This document shows positions 1 through 9,405 of a stretch of 64,000 nucleotides of DNA, piece after piece. A program made the translations under genes and the position numbers. How positions within the stretch are numbered: the stretch's first letter is position 1; every line of letters starts with the position of its first letter. Where the stretch lies: assembly GCA_045541275.1 (NCBI GenBank), contig JAZQIX010000014.1, positions 32,877-96,876 of the forward strand, given 5' to 3'. Under the pieces are notes generated by a model that was not told the origin of the DNA, did no database searches, and saw only the letters and a program-made list of their open reading frames with translations. The stretch is from Ruminococcus sp. (GTDB lineage: Bacteria; Bacillota; Clostridia; Oscillospirales; Acutalibacteraceae).

Positions 1-334
1 AAGGATACGTCGTTCCATAACCTCCGTACCAGTACCATGTTTCTGTACGTGGAGTAACAAGGCCATTTTGGTCAACGGTAACAGACTCCCCCTCAGCCAC
101 ATACCAGTACACTGAATCTGCTGATGTATTAAGCTGAAGCTTCACAGATGCAGGATACTCAGAAGGTATCTCACCGATAACTGCCTTGTAGTCATCATCA
201 AGCACATAAATCTCAGACCTGTCACAATTGAGGCTTAGACTCTCCTGAGCACTGACAGGCATCATAAAGGCAGTCAGCATAACCAATACAAGCATCAGTG
301 CAAATACCTTTTTACAATTAAATATATTTTTCAA
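1..334 (-). CDS. exported protein of unknown function (N-terminal part only; gene runs off window start)
   Basis: Minus-strand frame is open from the window edge to TTG at 334-332, with an AGAGGGGG RBS 7 nt upstream. The N-terminus LKNIFNCKKVFALMLVLVMLTAFMMPVSAQE looks like a Sec signal peptide. It is absent from the ORF track because it is truncated. Confidence 0.45.
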   Translation of the reverse strand, partial: MKNIFNCKKVFALMLVLVMLTAFMMPVSAQESLSLNCDRSEIYVLDDDYKAVIGEIPSEYPASVKLQLNTSADSVYWYVAEGESVTVDQNGLVTPRTETWYWYGGYGTTYP

Positions 335-461
335 AGCAATAACCCCCTCTTATTTATTATAACAATCCAATTGAATATTTCAAGATAATATAATATAAAC
401 AAAAAGCAATGTATATACAAACCAGTACACACATTGCTCTATTTCAAATTTTTATTGATTT

Positions 462-989
462 TTAGTTTGTAAACATTGGCAGTTTTTTCAGCATAAAGTA
501 AAAGGGAATTCCTAACACAATACACACTCCAAATTCCCCCAGTGCCACAGTTGCCGCCTGAAAAAGAAATCCTATGAAGGTAAAATCGCCTTCGATGTAG
601 AAAATCTCCAGTTCCAAACCGATTATCACAGCATTGAACACAACAGGCATCAGCAGAGATAAAACAGGCACAGAGAACACTTTGATATTTCTGAGGTAAT
701 AGGCACACACCGCCGCCAAAAAGGTTGCCAATGTACCCAGCACCATATCAAGAGGAAGCACTCCCACTGACACAATATTTGACAGCAGACATCCTACAGT
801 CAGTCCGGGGATAGCCGCAGGGGTAAACACCGCCAAAGTACACAGCACCTCGCTGACTCGAAACTGCACAGGACTTATTGACGATGTAGGCAGTATCATC
901 TCCTGAGCAAAGTTTATGGCAACATACAACGCCGCCACAATTGCCGCCTGCACCATATACAGGGTAGCAGACTTTTTAGTTTTGTTCAT
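462..989 (-). CDS. queT: QueT-like queuosine-precursor transporter (polytopic membrane protein, ECF S-component type)
   Basis: 175-aa multi-TM protein. Overall similarity to the QueT family was recognised by eye (N-terminal ...ATLYMVQAAIVAALYVAINF..., PLDMVLGTLATF). A GGAGG RBS is present. Confidence 0.6.
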   Translation of the reverse strand: MNKTKKSATLYMVQAAIVAALYVAINFAQEMILPTSSISPVQFRVSEVLCTLAVFTPAAIPGLTVGCLLSNIVSVGVLPLDMVLGTLATFLAAVCAYYLRNIKVFSVPVLSLLMPVVFNAVIIGLELEIFYIEGDFTFIGFLFQAATVALGEFGVCIVLGIPFYFMLKKLPMFTN

Positions 990-995
990 CTTAAA

Positions 996-1054
996 TTCCT
1001 CCGTAGTTTTGATTTGAGATTTTTAAATCTCTGTCAGGATTTTGCGAACTGACA
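996..1054 (-). promoter_or_regulatory. candidate preQ1-I-like riboswitch in the queT leader
   Basis: Minus strand reads GUCAG-UUCGCAAAAUC-CUGAC, then a small hairpin GAGAUUUAAAAAUCUC, then an A-rich tail AAAUCAAAACUACGGAGG that runs into the SD. A 5-bp P1 plus an AAAACUA tail resembles preQ1-I, but the inserted hairpin and the missing loop UAG are atypical. Confidence 0.3.
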
Positions 1055-1119
1055 TAGTTATGAATTGTATAATAAATTATACTATAAACCGTCCTTTATT
1101 GCAATACACAAGAAGAGAA

Positions 1120-1300
1120 CAAGGCGATACACCTCGGCCTTAGCTTTCACGCCTCGTATGCTCTCCGCTACTCCTTAAAAAGGCTCACAGTCCTCTGATT
1201 TGCCTGTACGGATTTTTGAAGTATCAAATCCGTACTTTTCGGCAAATCCTCCGTCCCATGGCATTTTTAAGGGCTCCGAGCCTCGTCGCTTCTGACAAAC
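1120..1300. repeat. GC-rich structured intergenic repeat, copy 1 (related to 47215-47450)
   Basis: Long imperfect hairpin. It has a perfect 10-bp inner inverted repeat (GTACGGATTT 1206-1215 / AAATCCGTAC 1226-1235) and TTTGCC...GGCAAA outer pairing. It shares the 12-mer TTCGGCAAATCC and the CTAC.CC..CAGTC..TTTGCC context with the element at about 47380-47420. Confidence 0.4.
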
Positions 1301-1327
1301 AAAAACACCGCCTGTATACAGACGGTG
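1296..1327 (-). terminator. intrinsic terminator downstream of 1387-1650
   Basis: Hairpin CACCG(C/T)CTG-TATA-CAGACGGTG, followed on the minus strand by TTTTTGTTTG. Confidence 0.5.
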
Positions 1328-1386
1328 CTTTTGCTTTTTAGGTTTTTGAAATCAACGTGAAACGAAGTTATCGTGGTTTGATAAGT

Positions 1387-1650
1387 TTACGCAGTCTTTG
1401 TTACCACTTCGCCGTACAGACCGAATCTGAACAGCTTGCTCTCATCCTCCTGATTGTCACAGAGAATGTAAGCCTCAGTGATCTTACCGCCCTCGATCAG
1501 CTGTGTTAAGCCGATGAGCTGACAAAGCTTGCTTTTAAGGTTGAGGTGATCTCCCTCACGGGTTACAAGATATACATTGCCCTTGCAAGTGTCAAGCACG
1601 GTGAGGAACTTATCAACATCGATGTTGTGCAAACTGATGACTGTAGTCAT
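1387..1650 (-). CDS. small hypothetical protein (87 aa)
   Basis: ORF-track frame trimmed to the ATG at 1650 (MTTVISLHNIDVD...), which follows AAAGGAGGAAACAGT. No family was recognised with confidence. Confidence 0.55.
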   Translation of the reverse strand: MTTVISLHNIDVDKFLTVLDTCKGNVYLVTREGDHLNLKSKLCQLIGLTQLIEGGKITEAYILCDNQEDESKLFRFGLYGEVVTKTA

Positions 1651-2104
1651 ACTGTTTCCTCCTTTTATTAATATAAAATTTTCGTGCTGCCATTTACCAT
1701 TTGGCATGTTCCTAAAATACTGACTGATTATTGAGATTGTGTATAGTCAGTAATCAGGTGGACTTTTAACCTGACAACTTCATTATATTCATTTTTTCGT
1801 GATTGTCAACAACAAATTGTATTTTAAGTTGTGCATATTGCTATTTACGTTATAATATTTCACTATCTCCAACTGCCATTTTTAGTTATTTTGCACACCA
1901 TCTCGTTGTTACTGATTTTTATGATTTTTCTTATTGTAGTCACTTTATACCGAAATTCAGATTACAACCTCTCTGTTTTTAATAAAATCTCCGAAAGTGA
2001 GGATTTGACTCAGATTTAATGAAAAACATCGTAAAAATGTGGTTGTGAAGTGCCTTTCTTTAATGTATAATAAGCTTATACATAAAAAACTCGGAGGATT
2101 TATT

Positions 2105-3607
2105 ATGCTTAATGACTTTTATAAACAGTTCAAAAGCGGTACCGATATCCGCGGAATAGCCAGTGAAGGCGTAGAGGGCGAAGTCCTCAATATGACAAAC
2201 GAAGCCGTAAAGGATATGACAGGAGGCTTCTGCCGTTGGCTTATGGATAAAACAGGCAAGAATGCAAAAGAACTTACTGTGTCCGTAGGCCGTGACAGCA
2301 GAATCTCAGGCGAGAGAATTGCTTCAGTTGTAACCGAGACTCTTTCTTCTTTCGGTGTAAAGGTTATCTACTGTAACCTTGCATCCACTCCCTCAATGTT
2401 TATGACCACAGTAGATTTAAGCTGTGACAGTGCTGTGCAGATTACTGCAAGCCACCATCCCTTTAACCGCAACGGACTTAAGTTCTTCACACGACAGGGC
2501 GGACTTGAGGGCTCTGACATCACAGCTATCCTTACAAACGCAAGTGATAAATGCTTCCCCGAAGAAGCACAGAGCGGAGTTATTGAAGCAGTTGACTATA
2601 TGACTCAGTATGCAGAGCACCTTTGCGACATTATCAAAAAGGGCGTTAATGCTGAAAATTACGACAAACCCCTTGAGGGCTTTAAGATTTGCGTAGATGC
2701 AGGCAACGGCGTAGGCGGTTTCTATGCTGACAAGGTCCTTGCCGTGCTGGGTGCTGATACTAAGGGTAGCCGTTACCTTGACCCTAACGGAATGTTCCCC
2801 AACCACGTGCCCAACCCCGAGTCCCCTGTAGCTATGAAGGCTATCTCTGAGGCTGTTGTTGATGCAGGGGCAGACCTTGGAGTTATCTTTGACACCGACG
2901 TTGACCGCGGTGCTGTAGTTGACAGCAAGGGAAATGAAATCAACCGTAACAGACTGGTAGCTCTGGCTTCTGCCATTGCACTGGAAAACTGCGAGGGCGG
3001 TACAATCGTTACCGACTCTATCACATCTGACGGACTCCGTGAGTTTATTGAGGAAACTCTTCACGGAAAGCACTACCGCTACCGCAGAGGCTACAAAAAT
3101 GTTATTGACAAGGCAATTGAGCTTAATAAAGAGGGAATCCCCTGTCCCCTTGCTATTGAGACATCAGGTCACGCCGCAATGCAGGAGAACTACTTCCTTG
3201 ATGACGGTGCTTATCTTTGCACAAAAATCATCATCAAAGCCGCACAGCTTCGTAAAGAAGGCAAGGACATCTCCGACCTTATAAGCACACTCAAAGAGGC
3301 TAAAGAGGAAAAGGAAATCCGCATTAAAATTTTAGAGGAAGACTTCCGTGCCTGCGGAGAGAGAGTCATCGCACAGCTTCTGTCCTATGCAGAAGAAAGA
3401 GCGGACTGGCACATTGCTCCCGACAACCGCGAGGGTATCCGCGTATCCTTTGATAAAGAAAACGGCGACGGATGGTTTTTACTCCGTCTTTCTGTTCACG
3501 ACCCCATTATGCCTCTTAATATTGAAAGCAACAGTGTAGGCGGTACAGGGGTCATCCTCTCTCACTTAAACGAATTCTTCAAAACCACAAAGGGACTGGA
3601 CATCTGA
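2105..3607 (+). CDS. phosphoglucomutase/phosphomannomutase family protein (alpha-D-phosphohexomutase)
   Basis: Active-site loop TASHHPFNRNGLKF, metal loop FDTDVDRGAVVD and sugar loop ETSGH. Start trimmed to the ATG at 2105 behind a GGAGGA RBS. Confidence 0.85.
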   Translation: MLNDFYKQFKSGTDIRGIASEGVEGEVLNMTNEAVKDMTGGFCRWLMDKTGKNAKELTVSVGRDSRISGERIASVVTETLSSFGVKVIYCNLASTPSMFMTTVDLSCDSAVQITASHHPFNRNGLKFFTRQGGLEGSDITAILTNASDKCFPEEAQSGVIEAVDYMTQYAEHLCDIIKKGVNAENYDKPLEGFKICVDAGNGVGGFYADKVLAVLGADTKGSRYLDPNGMFPNHVPNPESPVAMKAISEAVVDAGADLGVIFDTDVDRGAVVDSKGNEINRNRLVALASAIALENCEGGTIVTDSITSDGLREFIEETLHGKHYRYRRGYKNVIDKAIELNKEGIPCPLAIETSGHAAMQENYFLDDGAYLCTKIIIKAAQLRKEGKDISDLISTLKEAKEEKEIRIKILEEDFRACGERVIAQLLSYAEERADWHIAPDNREGIRVSFDKENGDGWFLLRLSVHDPIMPLNIESNSVGGTGVILSHLNEFFKTTKGLDI

Positions 3608-3753
3608 GAAAATCCAGTGTTTATGGGCTTTTTGAGGTTTCGCAACCAAGAGTTGCGGATATGAAAACCAGAATATATAGCGTTTTTTGTTGGTTGCGGC
3701 TATAATGAAATCACAGTCAGACAAACACAAACAACTGGTTTTCGGAGGTAAAT

Positions 3754-4572
3754 ATGAACATTGAAACAGCAAACAGACTTCTTCAGTACAGAAAGAAATC
3801 AGGTCTTTCTCAGGAGGACTTAGCAGAGAAAATCGGAGTCAGCCGTCAGGCAGTTTCCAAGTGGGAGCGTGCCGAGGCGTCCCCCGATACTGATAATCTT
3901 ATTATACTTTCAAAGGTTTACGGAGTATCACTTGACGAGCTCCTCAATGTAAATCCCGAGGAAGAAAAGGAAAATCCCGAACCTCAGACAGAAGAAACAG
4001 CCGACTCAGAATCCCAGCCCAAGGGCAAGGATTCTGTAAGCTTCCGTGACGGTATTCACGTTAATGCTGAAAACGGCGACAAGGTAGACATCAGCTTCAA
4101 GGGCGGAATTCACGTTGATTCCAAGGACGGCACCCACGTCCACATAGGAAACGGCAAAATCCATGTAGATGACCCAAGACGCAACACAAGCTATCACAGC
4201 GACACAGCACCTTGGATAATAGGTCTGCTGTATATCCCCTTCCCTGTTATCATCACAGCCTGTTTTCTCCTTTGGGGTTTCAGCGGAGTGTACGGAGGCT
4301 GGGGCACTGCGTGGATGAGTTTTCTCACAATTCCCCTGTTCTACTCTCTGATAGACGCAATCCGTTACAAGGACGCACAGCGCTTTGCATTCCCTGTACT
4401 TGCAGTGCTTGTGTTCTGTGCAGTGGGACTTTTCCTTAACATCTGGCACCCCACATGGGTTGTATTCCTGTTGATTCCGGTTTACTATATGGTTTGTACT
4501 GCAATCAAAAAAGCAGTCAAGGGTGAGCCTGAGGTAACAGTAGTTACAGACACTGATGAAGTAACCAAATAA
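3754..4572 (+). CDS. XRE-family HTH transcriptional regulator with C-terminal multi-TM domain
   Basis: N-terminus LLQYRKKSGLSQEDLAEKIGVSRQAVSKWERAEASPDTDNLIILSKVYGVSLDELL is a classic Cro/C1 HTH. The C-terminal about 110 aa are hydrophobic helices. Confidence 0.8.
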   Translation: MNIETANRLLQYRKKSGLSQEDLAEKIGVSRQAVSKWERAEASPDTDNLIILSKVYGVSLDELLNVNPEEEKENPEPQTEETADSESQPKGKDSVSFRDGIHVNAENGDKVDISFKGGIHVDSKDGTHVHIGNGKIHVDDPRRNTSYHSDTAPWIIGLLYIPFPVIITACFLLWGFSGVYGGWGTAWMSFLTIPLFYSLIDAIRYKDAQRFAFPVLAVLVFCAVGLFLNIWHPTWVVFLLIPVYYMVCTAIKKAVKGEPEVTVVTDTDEVTK

Positions 4573-4592
4573 ATAATATTTTACATAATATC

Positions 4593-4627
4593 AAAGCCTG
4601 TGTACTTTTGCGGTACACAGGCTTTTT
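4593..4627. terminator. bidirectional intrinsic terminator between convergent genes
   Basis: AAAGCCTGTGTAC-TTTTGCG-GTACACAGGCTTTTT: 12-bp stem flanked by an A-run and a T-run. Confidence 0.6.
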
Positions 4628-5283
4628 CATGCCAGCATCTTCTCACGAAGTGACAGCAGTATCTTCTTTTCTCTTCTGCTTACCTGCACCTGAGTAAGCC
4701 CAAGCTCCTTTGCGGTTACAGACTGGGTCTTGCTTTTAAAATACCGCAGGTTAATAATCTCCCTATCCTGTTCGGGCAACTCTCCGATTAACTTATGAAG
4801 TGTCATTTTTTCAGTTATACTTTCTTCCTGAGAGTCCACCGCCACATCTATCTGACGGCTTTCTTCCTCAGTTTCATAGGAAAGTGACAAAGGAATACGT
4901 GATGCTTCCATAGCCTGTGCCGCATCTTCAACTGATATTTCAAGGATATCTGCTATCTCCTTAACCGTAGGTGCACAGCCCTTTTCCATCTCATATTTTT
5001 CGCAGAATTTTGTGACTTTCAGGCTTAATTCCTTGAGACTTCTGCTCATTTTTACAGCTCCCCCATCTCTAAAAAACCGCTTTATCTCTCCCAGAATAAC
5101 AGGCACAGCATAGGTGGAAAACCTATACCCTAAACTCTCGTCAAAGTTATCCGCTGCCTTTACAAGCCCCACACAACCGCAGGAGAACAGGTCATCATAT
5201 TCTGCACCTCTGCCCAGAAATTTTCTGGCACAGGCATGGACAAGCCCTGTGTTTTCCTCAATAAGCTTACTGCGGTCTTTCAT
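4627..5283 (-). CDS. sigF: sporulation sigma factor SigF
   Basis: Sigma-70 regions 2-4 (DDLFSCGCVGLVKAADNFD, RFSTYAVPVILGEIKRFFRD, TQSVTAKELGLTQVQVSRREKKIL), immediately downstream of spoIIAA-spoIIAB. Start placed at the ATG at 5283 (17-nt overlap with spoIIAB). The track start at 5352 would overlap by 86 nt. Confidence 0.85.
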   Translation of the reverse strand: MKDRSKLIEENTGLVHACARKFLGRGAEYDDLFSCGCVGLVKAADNFDESLGYRFSTYAVPVILGEIKRFFRDGGAVKMSRSLKELSLKVTKFCEKYEMEKGCAPTVKEIADILEISVEDAAQAMEASRIPLSLSYETEEESRQIDVAVDSQEESITEKMTLHKLIGELPEQDREIINLRYFKSKTQSVTAKELGLTQVQVSRREKKILLSLREKMLA

Positions 5284-5716
5284 TCTGTGCACATCGGATA
5301 ATAGCTTTTTCCATTGTAACGGTTGTGCCCCTTGAGGGAGCTGAGCGGACACTAACCTTGTCCATGAAGCTTAGCATTACAGCAAAGCCCAGTCCTGCAC
5401 GCTCCTCTCCTCCTGTGGTATAAAGTGGCTCCATTGCCTGCTTTACGTCAGGAATTCCGCAACCCTTGTCTCGGATTTTTATGATAACCTTATTAGTGTC
5501 TGTAATTTTTGCGTTTATGTATATAGTACCGCCCTGATATCCGTAAGCGTGAACAATGCAGTTTGTCACCGCTTCAGACACAGCAGTTTTAATATCAGAT
5601 AGTTCAGCTATTGTAGGGTCAAGGCACAGTACAAAAGAAGCTATGGCAGACCGTGCAAAGCTTTCGTTGATGCTCTTTGCACTGAAATTTAAGTTCATTT
5701 CGTTTACAATATTCAT
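5267..5716 (-). CDS. spoIIAB: anti-sigma F factor (serine kinase) SpoIIAB
   Basis: GHKL kinase motifs (AVSEAVTNCIVHAY, IRDKGCGIPD, ERAGLGF) and position between spoIIAA and sigF. Confidence 0.9.
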   Translation of the reverse strand: MNIVNEMNLNFSAKSINESFARSAIASFVLCLDPTIAELSDIKTAVSEAVTNCIVHAYGYQGGTIYINAKITDTNKVIIKIRDKGCGIPDVKQAMEPLYTTGGEERAGLGFAVMLSFMDKVSVRSAPSRGTTVTMEKAIIRCAQNERPQ

Positions 5717-6027
5717 TCCATTACCCCCAAACTCTCAATTCCTGAAAGGCGGAACACCCTGTCAATGTTCTCCGACACATTTACAACTTTAAGGCGACCT
5801 CCCAAGAGAGACATTTGTCTGTATCTACCCATCACAAGTCCCACTCCTGAGGAGTCCATAAACTGAACACGTGAGAAGTCAAGCACTAAAAGCTCAGGTC
5901 TTTGGCTGTCTGCGCGGGCATCAATCTTCTTTCTTATAACAGCACAGCGGTGATGGTCAATATCACCCGAAAGAATGGCTGTCATAACATTTCCGTTATT
6001 TTCAATTTCAACCATCTGTTCCTCCAC
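5713..6027 (-). CDS. spoIIAA: anti-sigma F factor antagonist SpoIIAA (STAS domain)
   Basis: STAS motif LDFSRVQFMDSSGVGLVMGRY with the phosphorylatable Ser. 4-nt overlap with spoIIAB. Confidence 0.85.
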   Translation of the reverse strand: MEEQMVEIENNGNVMTAILSGDIDHHRCAVIRKKIDARADSQRPELLVLDFSRVQFMDSSGVGLVMGRYRQMSLLGGRLKVVNVSENIDRVFRLSGIESLGVME

Positions 6028-6132
6028 AGTTTAAATCTGCATTATTACATAGCTTGTACATAAAAAAAGCCAACACCTATATTGTAATAAGTGTTGGCAA
6101 AAATTCCTGTATTATTCAGTTGTCGTAAAAGT

Positions 6133-7422
6133 TTATTCTCTGACCGCTTTAAGGATATAAGGTCGGATTTGCGATGCAAGATACAGAGACCCGCACACAC
6201 ACAGGTGTGTGCCCTCAGTCCTTGCCTTATCAAACGCTTTCTTTAATGCATATTCCGACTCCTCGCAAGCCTCCGAATCATCAAAATATGAACTGCATAT
6301 TTCAGCAAGCTCTTTTGCGCTCATCGCTCTGGGATTATTGATATTTACAGTGTACACCTTGCTGAACATTCCTTTAATGTATTCAAGGGATGTTTGTACA
6401 TCCTTATCTTTAAGCATACTAAACACAAGAACACCTTTTTTATCAGGTAGTAGACTTTTTAGAGTATTTGCAAAAGTCCTCATTCCCTCAGGGTTGTGTG
6501 CTCCGTCAATTATTACTGTGGGATATTCCCCTACCACCTCAAACCGAGCAGGATTCTTTGCGTTTTTTATCCCCTCTCTTATACTGTCAGAAGTGATGCT
6601 CTCAAAACTTTTGCTTTTTAAAACATCAAGCACACAAAGAGATACACTCAGATTATCAACCTGATGCTTTCCTAAAAGAGGCAGAGTGTATTCTTCGCCT
6701 TTGTATTGAATTTCTGTACCCAAAAGGCTTTGATTCAAGACCTGTATACTCTTTGTGTCTGCATACATAAACGGCACGTTTTTCTCACAGCAGGTTTCCT
6801 CAAGCACCCTTTGCACATCATACTCCTGAAGTGCTGATACCACCTGTGTACCCTCCTTGATGACACCGCATTTATGCTTTGCAATTTCAGTGAGCGTCTT
6901 ACCAAGTACACCTGTGTGGTCAAGGCTTATGGGTGTAAGCACTGCACACAGAGGACTCTTTATCACATTAGTGCTGTCAAGGAGTCCTCCCATTCCCACC
7001 TCAAGGACTGTAACATCACAATTCTTCCTGCAGAAAAACTCAAAGGCTGCCGCCATAGTAAACTCAAACTCAGTGATGATAATTTTCCTTTCAAAGAGTC
7101 TGTCCGAAAACGCAAATACATATTCCGCAATTTCCGCAAATTCCTCCTCGGAAATCATATTCCCGTTCACTTGAATCTGCTCGCGTAAATCCGTGATAAA
7201 GGGAGAGGTGAAAAGTCCCGTTGTGTACCCTGAAGCCCCCAGCACCGAGGACACCACAGCACATACCGAGCCTTTGCCGTTAGTGCCTGCAACGTGCAAA
7301 AACTTAAGCTTGTCCTGAGGATTGCCCATCATATCAAGGAGCATTCTGACTCTTTCAAGCCCCGGCTGAGAGCCGTACTTCCTCAAATCTTCGATTTTAC
7401 CCAGAGCCTCTTTATATTCCAT
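6133..7422 (-). CDS. folC: bifunctional folylpolyglutamate synthase / dihydrofolate synthase
   Basis: Mur-ligase P-loop HVAGTNGKGSV, plus VLEVGMGG and DGAHNPEG motifs. Confidence 0.85.
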   Translation of the reverse strand: MEYKEALGKIEDLRKYGSQPGLERVRMLLDMMGNPQDKLKFLHVAGTNGKGSVCAVVSSVLGASGYTTGLFTSPFITDLREQIQVNGNMISEEEFAEIAEYVFAFSDRLFERKIIITEFEFTMAAAFEFFCRKNCDVTVLEVGMGGLLDSTNVIKSPLCAVLTPISLDHTGVLGKTLTEIAKHKCGVIKEGTQVVSALQEYDVQRVLEETCCEKNVPFMYADTKSIQVLNQSLLGTEIQYKGEEYTLPLLGKHQVDNLSVSLCVLDVLKSKSFESITSDSIREGIKNAKNPARFEVVGEYPTVIIDGAHNPEGMRTFANTLKSLLPDKKGVLVFSMLKDKDVQTSLEYIKGMFSKVYTVNINNPRAMSAKELAEICSSYFDDSEACEESEYALKKAFDKARTEGTHLCVCGSLYLASQIRPYILKAVRE

Positions 7423-8255
7423 TACATCAATTCCCTGTAGATATCGTTCTTCTTAAGTCCTGTGATGTTTGCCGCTTTCTTAGCCGCCTCTGTGGGCTTT
7501 TCGCCCCCGTCTATGAGATTCTTTGCAATCTCCACTGCTTCCTCAAGGGTATACTCCTGCTTTTTCACCGCAGTATCACCCTCAAGTATGAGCACCATCT
7601 CACCCTTGAGTGACCCGTTGCCAAACTGCGTAAGAGCTTCTTTTGTGGTGGTGCGGATAATCTCCTCGTGAAGCTTTGTAAGCTCCCTTGCAATGGTGAG
7701 CTTTCTGTCCCCGAAGGTCTCATAAAAATCCTTTAAAGTGTTGCTAAGCTTGTGAGGTGCTTCGTAAAAAATCATAGTCCGCTTTTCGTAAACAAGTGAC
7801 TCAAGGTGCTCACGTCTGCTCTTTTTATTAACAGACAGAAAGCCCTCAAAGGTAAACCTGCCTGTAGAAAGTCCCGACACACACAGAGCGGATATTACCG
7901 CCGAGGGACCGGGGACAACCTCTGTCTTTATGCCAAAGCCTGCACACTGCTTAATAAGCTCCTCGCCGGGATCGGATATACAGGGCATACCTGCATCTGT
8001 GACAACAGCACAGCTCTCACCCTCAAGGATTCTCTTACAAATAACCTCGCCCTTGAACTGCTTGTTATGCTCAAAGTAGCTTATCATAGGCTTCTTGATT
8101 CCTAAGTGATTCAGAAGCTTCACTGTAACTCTGGTGTCCTCTGCAGCAATAAAATCCACATCAGAAAGCACCTGAGCCGCTCTGGGGCTTAAATCCGACA
8201 GATTGCCGATGGGTGTGCCCACAACGTATAAAATTCCTGTATTCTCCATACTCAT
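7422..8255 (-). CDS. rsmI: 16S rRNA (cytidine1402-2'-O)-methyltransferase
   Basis: LYVVGTPIGNLSDLSPRA, IAAEDTR and DAGMPCISDPG motifs typical of RsmI. Confidence 0.9.
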   Translation of the reverse strand: MSMENTGILYVVGTPIGNLSDLSPRAAQVLSDVDFIAAEDTRVTVKLLNHLGIKKPMISYFEHNKQFKGEVICKRILEGESCAVVTDAGMPCISDPGEELIKQCAGFGIKTEVVPGPSAVISALCVSGLSTGRFTFEGFLSVNKKSRREHLESLVYEKRTMIFYEAPHKLSNTLKDFYETFGDRKLTIARELTKLHEEIIRTTTKEALTQFGNGSLKGEMVLILEGDTAVKKQEYTLEEAVEIAKNLIDGGEKPTEAAKKAANITGLKKNDIYRELM

Positions 8256-9001
8256 TTACTCCCTGCACCGTCCTTGTATGTGCCATAAATATCGTCCATC
8301 TCCTGAGTAAAGCCCCCCTCGTCCTTCTCTACAATAAGTGTAGGAAGCACCACAAGGTTGCCTTTCTTTGAGCCTCTTTTGCCCTCAAGCAAAAACAGCT
8401 TAGGGGATTTATGGCTTTTGCCCTGCACAAGCCGCAGTCTCTTAGGCTCCACGTCATATTTACGCATTAATTCCATTGCATCAGTAAGCCGTTCGGGACG
8501 CTGACAGATACACAGCCTGCCTGAAAACTGCAGAAGCTTAGCACCTATGGATATTACATCCTCAAGGTTGCACATATTCTCGTGCCTTGCCACCAGCTCA
8601 TGGCTCTCCTCGCTCTCTATCCCTCCCCCTGAAAGCTTATACGGGGGATTGCAGGTCACAAGGTCAAAGTAACCGAAAGGAAGCTTTCCTTTCAAGTCCT
8701 TAATATCTGCACACACAGGCTTTATTATATGAGAAAGAGAGTTGTGCTCAGCTGTTCGCTTAAGCATATCCGCACCCTCCTCAAATATTTCAACTGCATA
8801 TACCTCTTTTGGGGGATTATTCCTCATCCACAGCATAGGAATAGTACCGCAGCCTGTACAAAGGTCAACTGCCTTGTCAGTCTTTCTGTGATTTGCAAAA
8901 TGGCTGAGTAAAATTGTATCAGTTGTAAAGTGAAAGTCTCTGCTTACTATAATCTCAATCCCTGAGCCTAAGGGCTCAAGGTGTTCTGAACTTTTAAGCA
9001 T
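8252..9001 (-). CDS. SAM-dependent N6-adenine methyltransferase (TrmN6/YabB-like)
   Basis: SAM motif DLCTGCGTI and catalytic VTCNPPY. The conserved Firmicutes neighbourhood upstream of rsmI supports the call. Confidence 0.7.
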   Translation of the reverse strand: MLKSSEHLEPLGSGIEIIVSRDFHFTTDTILLSHFANHRKTDKAVDLCTGCGTIPMLWMRNNPPKEVYAVEIFEEGADMLKRTAEHNSLSHIIKPVCADIKDLKGKLPFGYFDLVTCNPPYKLSGGGIESEESHELVARHENMCNLEDVISIGAKLLQFSGRLCICQRPERLTDAMELMRKYDVEPKRLRLVQGKSHKSPKLFLLEGKRGSKKGNLVVLPTLIVEKDEGGFTQEMDDIYGTYKDGAGSK

Positions 9002-9099
9002 TTCTTTACACCTCCAAAAAACATCCTATATAGAAGAACAGCACCCCAAACAGGCAAATCGTAGCCTGCGGGGTGCAGTTACATTCCTCTTTAAGAGAA

Positions 9100-9270
9100 T
9101 TACTCCTCGTTGGGAGCACCTACGGGACAAGCATCAGCGCAAGCACCGCAATCTGCGCAGAGGTCTGCGTCAATAACATACTTGCTGTCGCCCTCGGAGA
9201 TAGCACCACAGGGGCACTCATCTACGCATGCGCCGCAGGAAATGCATTCATCATTGATAACATATGCCAT
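9100..9270 (-). CDS. 2x[4Fe-4S] ferredoxin (56 aa; below ORF-track size cutoff)
   Basis: Hand translation of the minus strand gives MAYVINDECISCGACVDECPCGAISEGDSKYVIDADLCADCGACADACPVGAPNEE. It has two CxxCxxCxxxCP clusters and an AAGGAGG RBS 8 nt upstream. The plus-strand track ORFs here are shadows. Confidence 0.85.
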   Translation of the reverse strand: MAYVINDECISCGACVDECPCGAISEGDSKYVIDADLCADCGACADACPVGAPNEE

Positions 9271-9405
9271 GGGAGGCACCTCCTTTAAATTTCTAAATAT
9301 AATTGTAGCACACTTTTCAGAAAAAGCAATTATTTTGTCGCAATTTTCTGAAATTCCCTGTAAAAACTAAATTTTTCTACATAGATGTGCGTATATACCC
9401 CAATA

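Noticed and set aside
1831-2019. 62-aa hydrophobic ORF upstream of the phosphomutase gene.
   Set aside because: GTG start without an RBS, in AT-rich promoter-like DNA. The composition looks like translated A/T-rich non-coding sequence.
2417-3073. 218-aa antisense ORF inside the phosphomutase gene. Similar shadow ORFs occur at 6209-6664, 9985-10665, 18659-19261, 19598-20086 and 50063-50458.
   Set aside because: They lie wholly antisense to genes with strong family motifs, have odd low-complexity compositions and lack an RBS. These are typical shadow frames.
9073-9370. Plus-strand track ORFs 9073-9288 and 9110-9370.
   Set aside because: The minus strand encodes a textbook 2x[4Fe-4S] ferredoxin with an AAGGAGG RBS. 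The plus-strand frames are its Ala/Cys-rich mirror.
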